The notes under the pieces were generated by a model, which worked only from the letters and a program-made list of their open reading frames with translations, searched no databases and was not told where the DNA came from. A stretch of 64,000 bases of DNA from Hadesarchaea archaeon. GTDB lineage: Archaea; Hadarchaeota; Hadarchaeia; Hadarchaeales; Hadarchaeaceae. Where the stretch lies: the NCBI GenBank assembly GCA_029259175.1, contig JAPDJH010000018.1, positions 5,747 through 69,746 of the forward strand, written 5' to 3'. Below are positions 54,962 to 63,794 of this stretch, one piece after another. Position numbers and translations under genes: made by a program. Within the stretch, counting starts at the first letter, position 1. Each line of letters starts with the position of its first letter.

Positions 54962-55306
54962 GTGTTTACCGGATTTTTTTCGCTAGAAAAAGTAGAAATC
55001 GTTGACGAAAATACCCTTAAAATAACTGTCAAATATGTGGGTGAGGAGTCGGGCGAATATGTGCGCGTCCACTCGCGTTTTTTAATCTCAGTATGGAAGG
55101 AAAATCAAAGCGCAGAAAATTACACCCCTGTGATGGTATATGCACCGGGAGATCTGTTGACCTTTTATGTTTATATGCCGGATGCTCATTTTAGCCCCGG
55201 AGACAATGTATCAGTCAGTTTAGGAGGGGCGAAGTATTTCGTTTCGGGTGCTGAAGATATAGAAAATTGGCGTAAGTGGCGTTATTCCCTTACGGTAACG
55301 CTTTAA
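54962..55306 (+). CDS. Hypothetical small protein in an AT-rich islet
   Basis: GTG-start ORF of 114 aa inside a markedly AT-rich stretch (54590-55400). No recognisable motif. Confidence 0.3.
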   Translation: MFTGFFSLEKVEIVDENTLKITVKYVGEESGEYVRVHSRFLISVWKENQSAENYTPVMVYAPGDLLTFYVYMPDAHFSPGDNVSVSLGGAKYFVSGAEDIENWRKWRYSLTVTL

Positions 55307-55582
55307 GGCCGTGATGGTGTGCCGATTTTCCACCTCTAGCTCATATTTCCCCATCGACGTGAGCGTGGTATAAGCATACATCGCAATAACTTCACGCCCA
55401 CCAGCTTCAGAATCTGCTTCTGGGTTTTCGTTGTTGCGATTAGCTTCTCGACCCATCTTTGGTTGTTACCTTGTACACGTACCTGAGCTCGTCCAAGGCT
55501 TGGAGCACCGAGATCTCTTTCTTCACGAGCTTCCGCTGAAGCAGGATCAGGAAAAGGTAGGCCAGATAGCAGATGTGGAGGT

Positions 55583-55655
55583 GGCCGTGTGAGTTCCGGC
55601 CCTAGAAACAGCCTGGAACTGCCAACTTCGGAGGTCAAGACTTCCGAAGAGAGCC
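55583..55655 (+). repeat. Solo copy of the TnpB element right end (tnpB 3' terminus, hairpin and terminal repeat)
   Basis: ggccgtgtgAgttccggccctaGaAAcAgccTGGAActgccaacttcggaggtcaagActtccgaagagaGcc aligns to 20241-20313, about 85% identity, with the hairpin conserved. No adjacent tnpB or left end. Confidence 0.75.
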
Positions 55656-55682
55656 TTATCCCAAGCCTGATTTATTGGTATT

Positions 55683-56654
55683 TCACTCTTTTGCTAGATC
55701 GTGTTGAAACACTTCTTGGATGATCTCCATGACTTCACGCCTCGTTGGTCTGCGCGGAAAGTTGTAGATGGGACCTCGGGGAGACTCGTTGTAAAAGGGA
55801 CGATTACATCCAGGACAGCCAGAAGTACGGAAGGGTTCGCCTGATTCGATGGTGCTAAGCAAGACTCGTTCACTTACACCAAAACTCGTGAGTTGGCCAT
55901 TCTCGAACACCATTTCACCAACGGAACTCACATCTGCTTGGATGAGGTAGTGGGCGAGCTGGATGCGCCGATAGCTGGCGAGATCCGGGCGCGGATGATC
56001 CGCAAGAGCGGTGCCGGGGATGGGAGTGAAAGCGAATAAGCCGACGGTGATCCCGCGATCGTGAAGCCACTGAATCATCCTGACCGCCTCCTCCTCGGTT
56101 TCACCCAGCCCAATGATTAGGTGAGTGGTGACCGCCCCGGGGAATTCGTCGGAGGCGAGCTGGAGGGCCCGGAGGTGGGCTTCCCAGGAGTACCCCTCTT
56201 TTACTTGGCGGAAGACCCTCGGGGTGCAGGCGTCGAGCGGAAAACATATTCGATCAGCGCCAGCGCGTTTCAGCTCCCGCATCTCGCCTCGGGACAGCGG
56301 TCTTATAGACACAGAGGTGGGCAGATCCGCGGATCGCTTGAGTTTAGAAACTATGAGCTGGACATCCTCGACCACCCTTGGATAGTTCACACTTTGCACG
56401 CACACCCGGTCAAAGCGATTGACACGCCGCTCCATGCGCTCTAGAACGCGGTTGAAATCACACGGAGGCCACAGAACACGAGAGAGCATATGCGGATCCG
56501 AAGAACTGCGATTGGCTTGGGGGCAGAACTTGCAGTTGGCATGACACCGTCCCTCATAGTAGGTGAGAAAGTGGGCGGTCGTGGGAGGTACGTCGACGCG
56601 GCCATTCCACAGACCGAGCAGGATTCCCGTACCAAATGCCACACGGACTCTCAC
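55683..56654 (-). CDS. Radical SAM protein, LipS2/BioB-like candidate
   Basis: CHANCKFC (CxxxCxxC) near the N-terminus. Translationally coupled to a second radical SAM gene and next to LplA. Confidence 0.55.
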   Translation of the reverse strand: MRVRVAFGTGILLGLWNGRVDVPPTTAHFLTYYEGRCHANCKFCPQANRSSSDPHMLSRVLWPPCDFNRVLERMERRVNRFDRVCVQSVNYPRVVEDVQLIVSKLKRSADLPTSVSIRPLSRGEMRELKRAGADRICFPLDACTPRVFRQVKEGYSWEAHLRALQLASDEFPGAVTTHLIIGLGETEEEAVRMIQWLHDRGITVGLFAFTPIPGTALADHPRPDLASYRRIQLAHYLIQADVSSVGEMVFENGQLTSFGVSERVLLSTIESGEPFRTSGCPGCNRPFYNESPRGPIYNFPRRPTRREVMEIIQEVFQHDLAKE

Positions 56655-57520
56655 GAGAACTCCTCCAAGAGAGATCTAGGCAAGGAACAGCAAGCGTTGA
56701 TGGTTTTTATTTTGAAGCCGCTTCTGCGCGCTTCCTTAACGGTGAGGGGAGAGGGCAACACCACGCGGCTCGCCCCTGCGCGGAGGACAGCTAGCTCTAG
56801 TCTGGAGCGGCCGTTCCCGCGCGGGCGCATGCAGCCCAGAGCCAGTTCCGTGCGAGGCATGCGTTCGCGTGCATAACGAACAACTTTCACGACATCTGAG
56901 GTGGACGGAGGCTTTGCGGCAAAGAGGGGGGTTCCGGGAGTGGGAGTGAGAATCAAAAACACCAGCACTTCCGGCCCGACTTCGCGCGCGATCTCTACCG
57001 CCCGGAACTCTCCAGAAATCTTGCCGGCATTCAGACCAATACAGATGTGTGGCACCACATGGGGGACATGCTTTGACATGGTGCGCAGCGCTGAGGAATA
57101 GTGGTCGGTCGTCTTTTCGCTCCCCAAGATGGTCGATATTGTCTGGTCATCACCAATTAGATCAAAATCCGCAATGTCCACACCGGCGCGCCCAAGTTCG
57201 CGGATCAGCCAGGATGGGGGGAGACCCGGATGGATGCTCACGATCAAATTCGTTCTTTGTTTAATGCGCTCAATCGCGTCGAGAAAGGGTTCGAACGGCA
57301 CATAGCCTTGGCGGTTGAAACCGCCGCTCAACAAAACACCGCGCGCTCCTTTCGAGGCGAAACGCTCGCACAGCTCCAAGAGCTTACGAGGATCTGAACA
57401 CGGAATCATGCCGGAGAGATAGTGAGCGTTGCAGTGCTTGCAGCGGAAGGCGCAGCGCGTTCCAGTGATTGAAATGGTCGGAAAGGCCGGGTGGGGACGA
57501 AAGATAAGCAACCGTGACAT
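56651..57520 (-). CDS. Radical SAM protein, LipS1-like candidate
   Basis: CAFRCKHC (CxxxCxxC) near the N-terminus. A 4-nt overlap with the downstream radical SAM gene. Confidence 0.55.
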   Translation of the reverse strand: MSRLLIFRPHPAFPTISITGTRCAFRCKHCNAHYLSGMIPCSDPRKLLELCERFASKGARGVLLSGGFNRQGYVPFEPFLDAIERIKQRTNLIVSIHPGLPPSWLIRELGRAGVDIADFDLIGDDQTISTILGSEKTTDHYSSALRTMSKHVPHVVPHICIGLNAGKISGEFRAVEIAREVGPEVLVFLILTPTPGTPLFAAKPPSTSDVVKVVRYARERMPRTELALGCMRPRGNGRSRLELAVLRAGASRVVLPSPLTVKEARRSGFKIKTINACCSLPRSLLEEFS

Positions 57521-57560
57521 CCATCTCGTATGGGGTCAACAACACAAATAAGTAACGCGG

Positions 57561-58364
57561 TCAGCGTTTTCTTAACCACTCGCTAGATGCGTACTTGGAG
57601 CGGAGCTGGGCGGCGAGTTCGAGCTCCTCCTGTGAGAGCTCTCCCTCGACCAAGCGAACGCCGAAAGCGTCCTCGAATCCCCTCACCATCGCCCGGTGCA
57701 CCTCCTCGAAATCTGGTCTCCGCCCGAGTTCGCGCTCAATGGTCGTCACGCGTTCGAAAATCGAGCTGACGAACTTGTCCGAGATCTTCTCGGGGCTCAC
57801 GCGCAGAAGTTCAAACATCCGGCGCACGTCCGGGCTGATCAGGATTGTGCCGTGCTGGAGGACAGAACCCCAGCGGCGGGTTTGAGCGCTGCCGGAAATC
57901 TTTTTTCCTTTCACCTGGACGTCGTTGACCGGCCTGAATTCCGCATCCACCCCTAGGTTTCTAAAACCACTCACCAAGCCCCCGCAGATCAGCCTGTAGG
58001 ACTCGATGATGTCGCCGGGCACGTCCGATTCCTTGCACACGACGCTGTAGGTCAATTCGCCGTGATGGTCGTGGAAGACCGCCCCCCCTCCGGTTATCCG
58101 GCGAACCACATCGACACCGTAGCGCCTGGCCGCATCGAGAGCCACTTCGCGCTCAAGGCTCTGAAAGTACCCAATCGACACGGCCGAGGGGCTCCAGCGG
58201 TAAAAACGCACGGTGTTCGGGACTTTTCCCTCCGCGTTGAGCTTGAGGATCGCCTCGTCCAGCGCCATCGCCGTAAAGGCATCGTCGACTCTGAGCGGGA
58301 GAAGGCGCCACTCGGATTTTGGAGAGCCTCCTGCATTTGTTATATTTATAACAACTGAACTCAT
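57561..58364 (-). CDS. lplA: Lipoate-protein ligase A, catalytic N-terminal domain protein
   Basis: BPL/LPL catalytic domain pattern RRITGGGAVFHDHHGELTYSVV, with the lysine-containing C-terminal loop. Confidence 0.75.
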   Translation of the reverse strand: MSSVVINITNAGGSPKSEWRLLPLRVDDAFTAMALDEAILKLNAEGKVPNTVRFYRWSPSAVSIGYFQSLEREVALDAARRYGVDVVRRITGGGAVFHDHHGELTYSVVCKESDVPGDIIESYRLICGGLVSGFRNLGVDAEFRPVNDVQVKGKKISGSAQTRRWGSVLQHGTILISPDVRRMFELLRVSPEKISDKFVSSIFERVTTIERELGRRPDFEEVHRAMVRGFEDAFGVRLVEGELSQEELELAAQLRSKYASSEWLRKR

Positions 58365-58654
58365 TTCTGCCCACCGCGCGCTGCTCGCAAAATCGCTTCC
58401 ACCCAGTGCTCCGGCTCCACCATGGGGGTCTGCACACCGCCACTATAGAACTCTTTCACAACGGCCAACAGGTTTTCACGACCAACGGGAACACCGATCA
58501 GCTTCTGTTCGAGCTGTTCAAGCGCGTCTTCTGGGTACATGAAAAAATCGCCGCCCAAAGAAATCCGGACAATACGATCGTTCTCGGTTTCGAGCTCGAC
58601 TTTGATCACGCCTTTTGGGGCCTTAAACTCGGCGTAGCCCATCAGATTTTCCAT
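58361..58654 (-). CDS. Lipoate-protein ligase C-terminal domain protein (LplB-like)
   Basis: 97 aa, overlaps the lplA stop, consistent with the bipartite archaeal LplA-N/LplA-C arrangement. Confidence 0.55.
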   Translation of the reverse strand: MENLMGYAEFKAPKGVIKVELETENDRIVRISLGGDFFMYPEDALEQLEQKLIGVPVGRENLLAVVKEFYSGGVQTPMVEPEHWVEAILRAARGGQK

Positions 58655-58758
58655 AACTATCCACGACTAAAAGCATTATTCAATCAACAAAAATTGAAAT
58701 TTTCCAAATTTGGTGCACAAACAAATATAAAGTGATTGGGTCCCGAAACGCGGTGTTC

Positions 58759-59391
58759 CTAAAAGCTGCCTTTTTCACGACACTTGCCTGAACTGCACCA
58801 TTCCTTGACTGGACAGTCACCACATGCCCTGCGCTTACAGAACTCCAACCCCACTCTAACGAGGGCTGACTCAAACTCGCTCACTTCTGAAAGCTCGAGT
58901 TTCTTCGCTACCCGCTCTGCAAGCGCACATGGCTTTGTCTTCGCTTTCGGCCAAACTCCGCGGAGCTCTCGAAGAAAGATGTTGACCGCTACTGGACCTA
59001 TACCTTTCAGCCTCATCAGATCACGCTCGAGTTCACTGGAGTTTCGGGCTTGTCGATAAATGTGCTCAAGCCCTCCGCGTTCCTGCAGCGCCTTAACAAG
59101 ATCCAGAAGAATGGATGCCGTCGAGAAATCATAGCGCACGTAGCCCCCGGCATCGAGGGCATCGACGAGCGCATCCCACCCGGCTCGCTGGATGGACTCG
59201 GGCGTCGTGTATCCCCGACGCTCGAACTCGCGGAAGGTGCGCTTGGCGATCTCGGCCGAAATCCGCTTGGCGAAGAGGACCGATGCGAGCAGCCACTTGA
59301 AGCGGTCGGCGGGCTTGCGCAGATCCAGACCCAGCTCCTGCGAATAGGTGGGGATCCGGGCGAGCGCTACGCGCAGTCCTCTGCGAACCAC
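58759..59391 (-). CDS. HhH-GPD-family DNA glycosylase-like protein with a C-terminal 4-Cys loop
   Basis: LKGIGPVAVNIFL hairpin-helix-hairpin and a C-terminal CKRRACGDCPVKEWCSSGKC. Confidence 0.55.
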   Translation of the reverse strand: MVRRGLRVALARIPTYSQELGLDLRKPADRFKWLLASVLFAKRISAEIAKRTFREFERRGYTTPESIQRAGWDALVDALDAGGYVRYDFSTASILLDLVKALQERGGLEHIYRQARNSSELERDLMRLKGIGPVAVNIFLRELRGVWPKAKTKPCALAERVAKKLELSEVSEFESALVRVGLEFCKRRACGDCPVKEWCSSGKCREKGSF

Positions 59392-59856
59392 TCACCTCAC
59401 CAGCTCGGGGGTCACTGCCCACACCAAAGCCCACCTGCCAGCTTCGTCACGCTCAAAGCAGAAGACCGCGCCCTGGGTGAAGCGCACGGGCTGGCGCTCG
59501 GGATCGCCTGTTAGCAGCAGCCCTGCGAGCTTTGCCAAGTGAGGAAGATGACCAACAAGCATCAGATCGGATTGCTCCGTACGTAGTTTCTCAGCCCAAG
59601 GCCTCGGATCGTCGAGCGGAGTCAAACCAGTGGCCTCCTGCACTCCTTGTTCAGAGTTCAAGGCACCAGATAGAACCTCAGCCGTTTGTTTAGCACGGAG
59701 CTTCCCGCTGTGCACGATTCTGGAAACGCTTAACGACAGTGGTTTGAGGAAATTTGCAATGCGCTCGATGTCTCTTCTGCCCTCATCAGAAAGCGGGCGA
59801 GCGGGGTCTTCTTGTTCTGGTTTTGCCTTCGCGTGTTGAACAAGGTAAAGCTTCAT
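59392..59856 (-). CDS. sixA: Phosphohistidine phosphatase SixA
   Basis: MKLYLVQHAKAKPEQEDPARPLSDEGRRD: the RHG-family histidine phosphatase N-terminus. Confidence 0.7.
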   Translation of the reverse strand: MKLYLVQHAKAKPEQEDPARPLSDEGRRDIERIANFLKPLSLSVSRIVHSGKLRAKQTAEVLSGALNSEQGVQEATGLTPLDDPRPWAEKLRTEQSDLMLVGHLPHLAKLAGLLLTGDPERQPVRFTQGAVFCFERDEAGRWALVWAVTPELVR

Positions 59857-59984
59857 AGTGTACCACCCTTTTCTTCTTGGGAAAGAAATCAAAAAAAGGC
59901 TGGTTCTGGGCTGGAAATGTTTTATTACCTCAGCGGATTTTTCATGTGGTCCAGAAAAATCGAGTGTTCAAAAGCTCTGGTCTT

Positions 59985-60767
59985 CTACCTCCAACGCACT
60001 AGGATTTCTTCTCGTCCAAACCGTGCTCTGCCCAGCGCCAAAAGACCGACACTCAAACACGCCAACAGCGCACCGAAAATCACTATCGAAAGCCAGTTCA
60101 GTCTCACAATACCAGCAGTAAAGAGAAAGTAGAAACCCATCGGGGGTAGGACACTCAGCGCTCCCAACTGCATAGCGGCGCGCACATCGCTCACCTTAGC
60201 CGAAATCACAACACAGAAAGAAGTCGCTGCCAAACCCACCAGCGGGCAGAAGACCAGCAAAACCACCAGCGAAATCCAGTCGGGGAGAAGCAGGCGTCCG
60301 AAGAGCGGGAATGTCAGTGCGTCGACGATCACCACAAAACCCGCAAAGGAAATTAAGGTTGAAAGCATTGCTGGAACGAACGCGCCCATGAGTTTACCCA
60401 CCAGCAGTTCGGCATCGGTGGTGGGTGTTGCGAGGAGGGGCTCGAGCTGCCGGTTCACCTTCTCTCCAACGAATGTGTATGAAGAGATGACCGACGGGAT
60501 GATCGCCGGTAGAAGCATAAACATAAGCACCGACATTTGAACTAGACCTAGTGCCATGGCCTGCTTTGGCTCCAGTCCCGGCACAGCAAAGGAGGGCAAG
60601 TCGTTTTCCGTTATCTGTTCGCCCAACAGCACCGGGTAGAGCATGGAAAGGGGGATCAAAACTGCAAAAATAAGCGGGATTCCTATCAGGCCATATAACA
60701 CGTAGCGGTGCTTGCGCGCACTTGCTATGTCCTTGCGCGCGATGGTCCAAACCCGATCCATCCTCAT
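59985..60767 (-). CDS. ABC-2 type transporter permease
   Basis: Six-helix ABC-2 permease pattern. The likely start MRMDRVWTIARKD overlaps the stop of the ATPase (ATGA at 60764-60767). Confidence 0.65.
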   Translation of the reverse strand: MRMDRVWTIARKDIASARKHRYVLYGLIGIPLIFAVLIPLSMLYPVLLGEQITENDLPSFAVPGLEPKQAMALGLVQMSVLMFMLLPAIIPSVISSYTFVGEKVNRQLEPLLATPTTDAELLVGKLMGAFVPAMLSTLISFAGFVVIVDALTFPLFGRLLLPDWISLVVLLVFCPLVGLAATSFCVVISAKVSDVRAAMQLGALSVLPPMGFYFLFTAGIVRLNWLSIVIFGALLACLSVGLLALGRARFGREEILVRWR

Positions 60768-61687
60768 GTTGATTCCACCACCTTGAGATAAGCCTCCTCT
60801 AAGGAACTCGCTTGCTTCATCCACACGATTTTTCCGCCAGCTTTCACAATGGCGCTTGCTATCCGCGGATTCACTTCGCTCGAGTCGTCAACTTCCACCG
60901 TCAGCGTTCTTTTCCCTCGTTTTACCTTTCGCACCCCGCCGATCCGCCTCACAGCCTGTAGAATACGGGCGGTTATGCGTTTCAGCTGAATCTCCACCCT
61001 CTGGGTGCCGAATTCGCGCTCGAGTTCAGTGGGGGAGCCAACGGTGAGAAGAGAGGTTTTCAAAATCGCGACACGATCACAGAGCTGCTCCGCCTCGTGC
61101 AGATTGTGAGTGCACAACAATATGGTCCGTCCCTTTCGCCTTAGCTTCCGGATGAACTCGCGCACCACCTTGGCTGACTCGGGTGCAAGAGAAGCCGTTG
61201 GTTCGTCTAGGAACAGAACCTCTGGATCGTGTACAAGCGCTCTTGCAATCGCCACCTTCTGTTGCATCCCCCTCGAGAACCTGCCCACGGGTTCGTTCCG
61301 GCGCTCCCATATGCCCAAGAGCTCAAGCAAATCTCGGATTCTCCTCTTTCGCTCGCTGGCTGGTACGCCGTAAAGCTTGGCGTAGAAGTCGAGCGTGTAA
61401 TACGCGCTGAGTTCTGGGTAGAGCCCTGGATTCTCCGGCAACAGCCCGACCACCTCGCGGATCTTGAGCGCATCTTGGATGATATCGTTGCCAGCAACGA
61501 GCGCGGTTCCGGCCGATGGGCGTATCAGGCAGCTCAGCATGCGCACGGTGGTGGTTTTCCCCGCGCCGTTGGGGCCGAGTAGCGCAAAGACCTCCCCGCG
61601 CCGGACCCGGAGCGAGAGATCACGAACGGCCACCGTGTTGCCGAATTTCCTTGTGAGAGCACGCGTCTCGATTGCGGGCTGTGTCAT
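60764..61687 (-). CDS. ABC transporter ATP-binding protein
   Basis: Start at MTQPAIETRAL. Walker A GPNGAGKTT, signature FSRGMQQKV, Walker B LFLDEPT. Confidence 0.85.
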   Translation of the reverse strand: MTQPAIETRALTRKFGNTVAVRDLSLRVRRGEVFALLGPNGAGKTTTVRMLSCLIRPSAGTALVAGNDIIQDALKIREVVGLLPENPGLYPELSAYYTLDFYAKLYGVPASERKRRIRDLLELLGIWERRNEPVGRFSRGMQQKVAIARALVHDPEVLFLDEPTASLAPESAKVVREFIRKLRRKGRTILLCTHNLHEAEQLCDRVAILKTSLLTVGSPTELEREFGTQRVEIQLKRITARILQAVRRIGGVRKVKRGKRTLTVEVDDSSEVNPRIASAIVKAGGKIVWMKQASSLEEAYLKVVEST

Positions 61688-61999
61688 CTCTAGAACCTGC
61701 ACTTTTGAAGTAAAAAGGAAATCGAGCAGGGCAAGGTCCAACACAGTGCCCCTGTGTCCAAATCCACCTACGAAAAAGTTTATGAGAAATATGACAAAAA
61801 ATCGAACGAAGCGCAAGTAACCGTGTGGAAGGAGTTGGGGTCTTACCCCGTTGGTAGAAAAAATGTGACATCCACCACTGTGTAAGCGCGGTTATGCCCA
61901 CATCCCGTTTGATACCAAATTAGCACTCCATTTCCACAGATGTCAGCCTCTATTAGTTGGGGCCCCGACTCCTTCTGCTCGCACGGGCGTCCAAACTGA

Positions 62000-63061
62000 T
62001 CAGCGCGTGGTGCGGCATTCGCCCACCACGGGGATCCGCCGGCGGCACTTAGGACAGCGCTGGTTCTCTAGCCTGACCCTGATCACGTCGAAGCCGAAGC
62101 GCTCAATCAATAGGGTGCCACAGTCCGGGCAGTAAGTGTTCTCGTAGGGGTGGCCCGGAACATTTCCCACATAGACAAAATGAATGCCTCTCGAAACAGC
62201 GAGTTTCCGGGCACGCTCGAGGACTCCAACCGGAGTGGGCGGGGCCGCAAACCGATAGGCGGGGTAGTAGGCGGTGAAGTGCAACGGGGTTTCGGCCCCA
62301 GCGTAGCGCAAGTGGGATTCGACCACATCCTCGAGCTGTTCGGGGCGGTCGTTGACCCCGGGGATGACCAGATTCACCACCTCGACGTGCATGCCCAGCC
62401 GCCTCGCCTCGCGCACGTTGCGCCACACCGCGCGCACGTCGGCTCCGCAGTACCGCCGCACCGCCTCCGCGTCGCCTTTCACGTCTACGTTCAGTGCGTC
62501 CAGCCCGGCGTCTCGGAGAGCGCGCAGAGCCTCGAGCGTCATGTAGCCGTTGCTCACGAAGGTGTTCTGGAAACCGCGCCGGTGGGCCAGTCTGAAGACG
62601 TCCAAGGCCCATTCGAAAAGCAAAGTCGGCTCGTTGAAGGAAACGCTCGTGGAGGAACACCCTGCGTCTTCCACCATCTGAACGAACCGCTCCGGGCTCA
62701 CGTACTCCCCGAGTGACGGATCGGGGGCCCGCTTGGAGATGTGCCAGTTCTGACACCAAGGGCACTCGAAAGTGCACGAAAAGCTGCCGATGGTGAGTGA
62801 GCGGCTCCCCGGCCAGAAGTGGAAAAATGGCTTCTTCTCGATGGGATTGGCCGAGATCCCGCTCGAGAGGCCGTACTGCAGGGTGAAGAGGGTGCCCCCG
62901 GAATTCCGCCTAGTCTTGCAGAAACCCACTTGGCCTTCCGGGATCACGCAACGCCGTTCGCAGAGCTCGCAGCGCACTTTTGATCCTTCCAATCTGCGGT
63001 AGAGAAGAGCCTCGCGAACGTAGGGTGGGGGTGATGTCCCGCTCGCGGTTGGCATACACAT
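62000..63061 (-). CDS. Radical SAM activating-enzyme-like protein (PflA/AmmeMemoRadiSam-type)
   Basis: CTFECPWCQNW (CxxxCxxC) plus an upstream CELCERRC cluster. GC-rich gene. Confidence 0.6.
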   Translation of the reverse strand: MCMPTASGTSPPPYVREALLYRRLEGSKVRCELCERRCVIPEGQVGFCKTRRNSGGTLFTLQYGLSSGISANPIEKKPFFHFWPGSRSLTIGSFSCTFECPWCQNWHISKRAPDPSLGEYVSPERFVQMVEDAGCSSTSVSFNEPTLLFEWALDVFRLAHRRGFQNTFVSNGYMTLEALRALRDAGLDALNVDVKGDAEAVRRYCGADVRAVWRNVREARRLGMHVEVVNLVIPGVNDRPEQLEDVVESHLRYAGAETPLHFTAYYPAYRFAAPPTPVGVLERARKLAVSRGIHFVYVGNVPGHPYENTYCPDCGTLLIERFGFDVIRVRLENQRCPKCRRRIPVVGECRTTR

Positions 63062-63067
63062 TCCTTT

Positions 63068-63586
63068 CTACTTTCTGACCAGCGCCTCCCGCCACGCTCG
63101 AACCATCGGTTCGCTTAGATCGCACAGGACGACGCGGGTGAGAGAACTGGCAGTCGGCTCGAACTCGCGGATTGCCCGCACCATAGCTGCCGCGGCCTGG
63201 TCTGCCGGAACCCCTCCAACCCCTGTGCCCATTCCGGGGATGACTATGCTCTCTGCTCCCAGTTCATTGGCACATCGGAGGGCAGCGAGTGTGGCCTTGT
63301 AGACCTTTTCGGCCGTGGTCGCCATTGCGGGCCGTTCCATCGTGGGGGCGTGGACGACCCAGCGGGCTTTCAGCCGCCCTGCCGTCGTTGCCACGGCGCG
63401 TCCCACTTCAAGCGGAGCGTGCTTGCGCGCCTCGCGCTCGATTTGCTCGCCGCCCGCACGCTTGAGAGCTCCGGCCGCTCCCCCACCCATCCACAGCTGC
63501 GAGTTGGCGGGGTTCACGATTGCATCCGCTTCTTGCTGGGTCAGGTCTCCCAGCCTCACCTCGACTTCGAGTTTACCTACTCGCAT
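63068..63586 (-). CDS. Macro-domain protein (ADP-ribose binding/hydrolase)
   Basis: ADAIVNPANSQLWMGGGAAGALKRAGG...IPGMGTGVGG: the Af1521-type macro-domain signature. Confidence 0.8.
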   Translation of the reverse strand: MRVGKLEVEVRLGDLTQQEADAIVNPANSQLWMGGGAAGALKRAGGEQIEREARKHAPLEVGRAVATTAGRLKARWVVHAPTMERPAMATTAEKVYKATLAALRCANELGAESIVIPGMGTGVGGVPADQAAAAMVRAIREFEPTASSLTRVVLCDLSEPMVRAWREALVRK

Positions 63587-63662
63587 CCAAGTGTAAGAAG
63601 ACTGACTCCTCTGAAAAAGCTTTTACCTGGACCGGCAGCCCAGCCCGTTGACAAGTTCCGTT

Positions 63663-63794
63663 TTACTTTTGGTGATTGTTGGGAGTCCCGCAGCGGGGGC
63701 AACGGTTCCGATCGTAGTCGAGATCGAGCGGGTATTCGTAGTAGAGACCGCAGTTGGTGCACACAGTGGGTAAGGATTTCACTTCCGCCGTCAC
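63663..63794 (-). CDS. 43-aa zinc-ribbon micro-protein candidate
   Basis: GTG at 63794. VTAEVKSLPTVCTNCGLYYEYPLDLDYDRNRCPRCGTPNNHQK*, with CxxC..CxxC. Below the ORF-track length cutoff. Confidence 0.3.
   Translation of the reverse strand: MTAEVKSLPTVCTNCGLYYEYPLDLDYDRNRCPRCGTPNNHQK

Noticed and set aside
55336-55638. 100-aa minus-strand ORF spanning the solo element end
   Set aside because: It overlaps the repeat and the GC-rich remnant, and gives a Pro/Arg/Gly-rich low-complexity product. Judged spurious.
61688-61816. N-terminal 43 codons of the ABC ATPase ORF (MRFVRFFVIFLINFF...)
   Set aside because: Hydrophobic read-through of the AT-rich upstream region. The canonical ABC N-terminus begins at the internal Met (MTQPAIETRAL) at 61687.
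62103-62777. 224-aa and 188-aa ORFs overlapping the radical SAM gene on both strands
   Set aside because: Arg/Gly-rich products typical of antisense frames in GC-rich DNA. The CxxxCxxC-containing frame is the real gene.
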